36,633 nt of DNA from assembly GCA_020354275.1 (NCBI GenBank), contig CP070645.1, positions 258,497 through 295,129 on the forward strand, written 5' to 3'. The first letter of the stretch is position 1. Each line of letters opens with the position of its first letter. Both the position numbers and the translations under genes were made by a program. The notes beneath the pieces are model-generated. The model made no database searches, had not been told where the DNA came from, and saw only the letters and a list, made by a program, of their open reading frames with translations. Shown piece by piece: positions 34,163 to 36,633 of the stretch. Origin of the DNA: Dehalococcoidales bacterium (GTDB lineage Bacteria > Chloroflexota > Dehalococcoidia > Dehalococcoidales > UBA2162).

Positions 34163-34804
34163 ATGGTTGTCATGGCCAAAGATGACAGCATCCAGATTGA
34201 AAGGCTAGAAATGCCCCCCTTCGGCACCAATGCCTATATCGTGACCTGTCAGGTGACACAGGACAGCGCGTTGGTAGATGCCCCTGCCCAGCCGGACATA
34301 CTCATGGACAACCTGAAAGGTACCAACCCCAAATATATATTACTGACCCATAACCATATGGACCATATCGGGGCCCTTGCCGAGTTACACGCCACATTAA
34401 AGATCCCTCTGGTTGTTCATGCCGCCGACGCAACGAACCTACCATTAACGCCGGACATGCTGGTGGACGACGGGGACACCATTTCACTGGGAGAGTCGAA
34501 GCTAGAAGTGCTTCATACACCAGGGCACACCGCCGGCAGCCTTTGCTTCAAAGTGGGTAACTATATGATATCAGGAGATACCATATTCCCCGGAGGGCCG
34601 GGGAAAACAAGGTCACCCGAAGCATTCCAGCAGATAATACAATCAATAACCGGGAAAATATTGACCCTGCCCGACGATATGACGCTGTACCCCGGCCACG
34701 GTGATCCTACCTCAGTAGCGTCAGCCAGGGAAGAATTCGCTGTCTTTTCATCACGCTCCCACGACCCGAACCTGTGTGGCGATGTTCTCTGGTTATCGTC
34801 CTAG
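34163..34804 (+). CDS. MBL-fold metallo-hydrolase (glyoxalase II-like)
   Basis: GAGGAG at 34151..34156 favours ATG 34163 over the upstream ATG 34097. The metal motif is LLTHNHMDHIGA (HxHxDH). Later blocks are HTPGHTAGS and PGHG. Confidence 0.8.
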   Translation: MVVMAKDDSIQIERLEMPPFGTNAYIVTCQVTQDSALVDAPAQPDILMDNLKGTNPKYILLTHNHMDHIGALAELHATLKIPLVVHAADATNLPLTPDMLVDDGDTISLGESKLEVLHTPGHTAGSLCFKVGNYMISGDTIFPGGPGKTRSPEAFQQIIQSITGKILTLPDDMTLYPGHGDPTSVASAREEFAVFSSRSHDPNLCGDVLWLSS

Positions 34805-34812
34805 CCAATTAA

Positions 34813-35532
34813 CTACCGGAACAGTTCTACCCGGTGGAAGGCCTCGGCCAGCTCGAAATCCTCTCCCTCGGCGAACATATGGTGCCTTTGCCTCATCCTT
34901 TCCTCAAGCCCGGGGTTCGAGCTATCACCAACCTGGCTCCTATGACAGCGCAGGGCGGCAATCTTGACATCAAAGGTATCGGTAATATCGGAACGGTAAT
35001 TAGGTTCTTCAGAACCCCACAGCAGTATCTCCCTAACCCGGTGGGGCTGCAAGCCTTCCTCTATTAAATCAGGATAGGCATGGATATCCCGAGCATAAGG
35101 GAAAACGGCATCCAGCACAACCTGACCGGTAATCCGGTGGTCCCGGTGCCAGATATAACGGCGGTAGGGGTCAGCCGTAACCACCGTCTCGGGCTGGTAC
35201 ATCCGTATCAAGCGCACGATCTCTTTCCTGAATTCCGGCGTGTCCTCCAGACCCTGGTCGGGGTAACGCAGGAAAATGACCTCCCTTACTCCCAGCAACT
35301 CGGCTGCTGCCAGCTGTTCCTTCTCTCTGGTTTTAGCCAGTTCCTCCGGTTTCATATTCATATCGCTGGTTCCCTTATCACCATTGGTGCACACCACATA
35401 GATAATTACCTTCCCCTCAGCGGCCAACCTGGCTGCCGTCCCGGCGACCCCGTACTCGGCATCATCCGGGTGCGGTGTGAATACCATCATGTCAACTGGT
35501 GCGGTCATTATCCCTGAACCCCCTATCTTCAA
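34813..35532 (-). CDS. PIG-L/LmbE-family N-acetylglucosaminyl deacetylase
   Basis: The family motif is MMVFTPHPDDAEYGVAGTAARLAAEGKVIIYVVCTNGDKGT. A later block is HRDHR. It is 239 aa. Confidence 0.8.
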   Translation of the reverse strand: MKIGGSGIMTAPVDMMVFTPHPDDAEYGVAGTAARLAAEGKVIIYVVCTNGDKGTSDMNMKPEELAKTREKEQLAAAELLGVREVIFLRYPDQGLEDTPEFRKEIVRLIRMYQPETVVTADPYRRYIWHRDHRITGQVVLDAVFPYARDIHAYPDLIEEGLQPHRVREILLWGSEEPNYRSDITDTFDVKIAALRCHRSQVGDSSNPGLEERMRQRHHMFAEGEDFELAEAFHRVELFR

Positions 35533-35629
35533 GATGAACTAATAAGGAATTGTATAACATTCGCCGGACTGATACAATTTAGCTTGTTGCGAAATGCCCA
35601 GCTCTTAATTCGTGCTATAATTAACCGCT

Positions 35630-36253
35630 ATGAAGAATGTATATGTCGTTACCCATACTGAATCCGTTCATCATGTCCAAGGTTTGGTTGGAGGATGGTA
35701 TGACACTTCTCTTACGGAGAACGGTAGGAGTCAGGCTAAAAAAACTGCAACAGCTCTCTATAACGAGATAGGAGAACGAAACATACCAATATACTCCTCT
35801 GATTTGAAGAGATGCGCAGAAACGGCAAGCATTTTTTCCGAAGTATTTAACAGTACCGTCATTCTTGATAGAAACTTAAGAGAGATGAACTTCGGAGATG
35901 CTGGCGGAAAGACCAAAGAATGGCGTGACAAAAACATCGTTCCCAAGCCAACGGATGGCAACAGACTAGACCACCGGATTTTCAACAACTCGGAATCCAG
36001 AAGGGACATCGGAACACGCATAAGTGACTCTCTTAATCGAATAATAAGCAAACAGGACAATAATGTAATAATCATAACCCACGGATTCGCCTTAACATAT
36101 ATAATCATGGCATGGTTGAAAGTCCCGGTGGAGAACATGGATTATTGTGGGTTTAATGGTAGACCTGGCGGAGTAACACTCCTATATGAGGATGACCTCT
36201 ACGAAAACAGGTCTGTAATGTATATCAACAAACAGGATTATTTAATGGTTTAG
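35630..36253 (+). CDS. histidine phosphatase (phosphoglycerate mutase-like) family protein with variant RHG motif
   Basis: The N-terminal block is VYVVTHTESVHHVQGLVGGWYDTSLTENGRSQA, with THT in place of RHG. Other family blocks are SSDLKRCAETA and IIITHGFAL. Confidence 0.65.
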   Translation: MKNVYVVTHTESVHHVQGLVGGWYDTSLTENGRSQAKKTATALYNEIGERNIPIYSSDLKRCAETASIFSEVFNSTVILDRNLREMNFGDAGGKTKEWRDKNIVPKPTDGNRLDHRIFNNSESRRDIGTRISDSLNRIISKQDNNVIIITHGFALTYIIMAWLKVPVENMDYCGFNGRPGGVTLLYEDDLYENRSVMYINKQDYLMV

Positions 36254-36352
36254 AAACGAATATAACAAGGTCAAGTGACTATCTGGCAACAAACCAGACT
36301 ATAGCCTTTAACTATTAAACTTTAGTTCAGTATTCTGGTATCATTACTCTAA

Positions 36353-36633
36353 ATGAGCAACCCGCAGTATCACATAAGAAACTATAAACCACAGGACTTT
36401 CACCGGCTCGTCCTCCTCTACTTTGACGCCGATGAGCTGGAGTCAACCGGGCAGGGAGTATCCCCGCAGTACATTACCCAGCGCTTGAAGCGGCCGGGTT
36501 ATCAGCCCGAGCAGGACTTGTTTATCGCCGAAACGGGTAACAGCTTCGTCGGTTATATGGATATCAACGCCGAACTGCCCATTGGGCGGGTCATCCTCGA
36601 CTGCTGGGTGCACCCGGAACACCGCCGGAGGGG
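36353..36633 (+). CDS. GNAT-family N-acetyltransferase, 3' end runs off the window
   Basis: From ATG 36353 the frame is open to the window end. The sequence is MSNPQYHIRNYKPQDFHRLVLLYFDADELE...FVGYMDINAELPIGRVILDCWVHPEHRRR, with the start of GNAT motif A. It is absent from the ORF track because no stop is reached. Confidence 0.6.
   Translation, partial: MSNPQYHIRNYKPQDFHRLVLLYFDADELESTGQGVSPQYITQRLKRPGYQPEQDLFIAETGNSFVGYMDINAELPIGRVILDCWVHPEHRRR

Overview
The window looks like a chromosomal segment of an anaerobic, probably monoderm bacterium. The lineage guess (Chloroflexota/Dehalococcoidia-like) is inference from gene content only. Genes are tightly packed with AGGAGG-type ribosome binding sites, and TGA is used as a normal stop. 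Reading left to right: (1) A regulatory block holds a 5'-truncated GAF histidine kinase, a stand-alone LuxR HTH protein and a LuxR regulator whose receiver domain lacks the phospho-acceptor Asp. (2) Two paralogous DivIVA-like coiled-coil proteins lie directly upstream of a complete secretin-less type IV pilus cluster (pilB, pilC, two minor pilins, a PilO-like protein, a PilM-PilN fusion, pilT, a convergent major pilin and pilD). (3) Two family III CoA-transferases follow, one carrying an internal domain duplication. (4) A zinc-ribbon protein, a 4Fe-4S protein and a CetZ/tubulin-like GTPase sit together, the last unexpected in a bacterial context. (5) An hdrC-hdrB-hdrA-mvhD-mvhG-mvhA-protease cluster has hdrA, mvhD and mvhA each interrupted by one in-frame TGA exactly at a conserved Cys. 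I read these as selenocysteine. The mvhA codon lies in the N-terminal RxCGxC nickel motif rather than the canonical C-terminal site. (6) A mixed region holds a methyltransferase, a HEAT-repeat protein, a PNPOx-like protein, tRNA-Ala plus two degenerate tRNA-Lys-like fragments, and a DUF502 protein. It continues with two PilX_N-type proteins with beta-helix repeats, an MBL hydrolase, a PIG-L deacetylase, a histidine phosphatase and a 3'-truncated GNAT. No CRISPR array, rRNA, transposase or integrase was seen. All homology statements come from motif recognition by eye and need HMM or BLAST confirmation.
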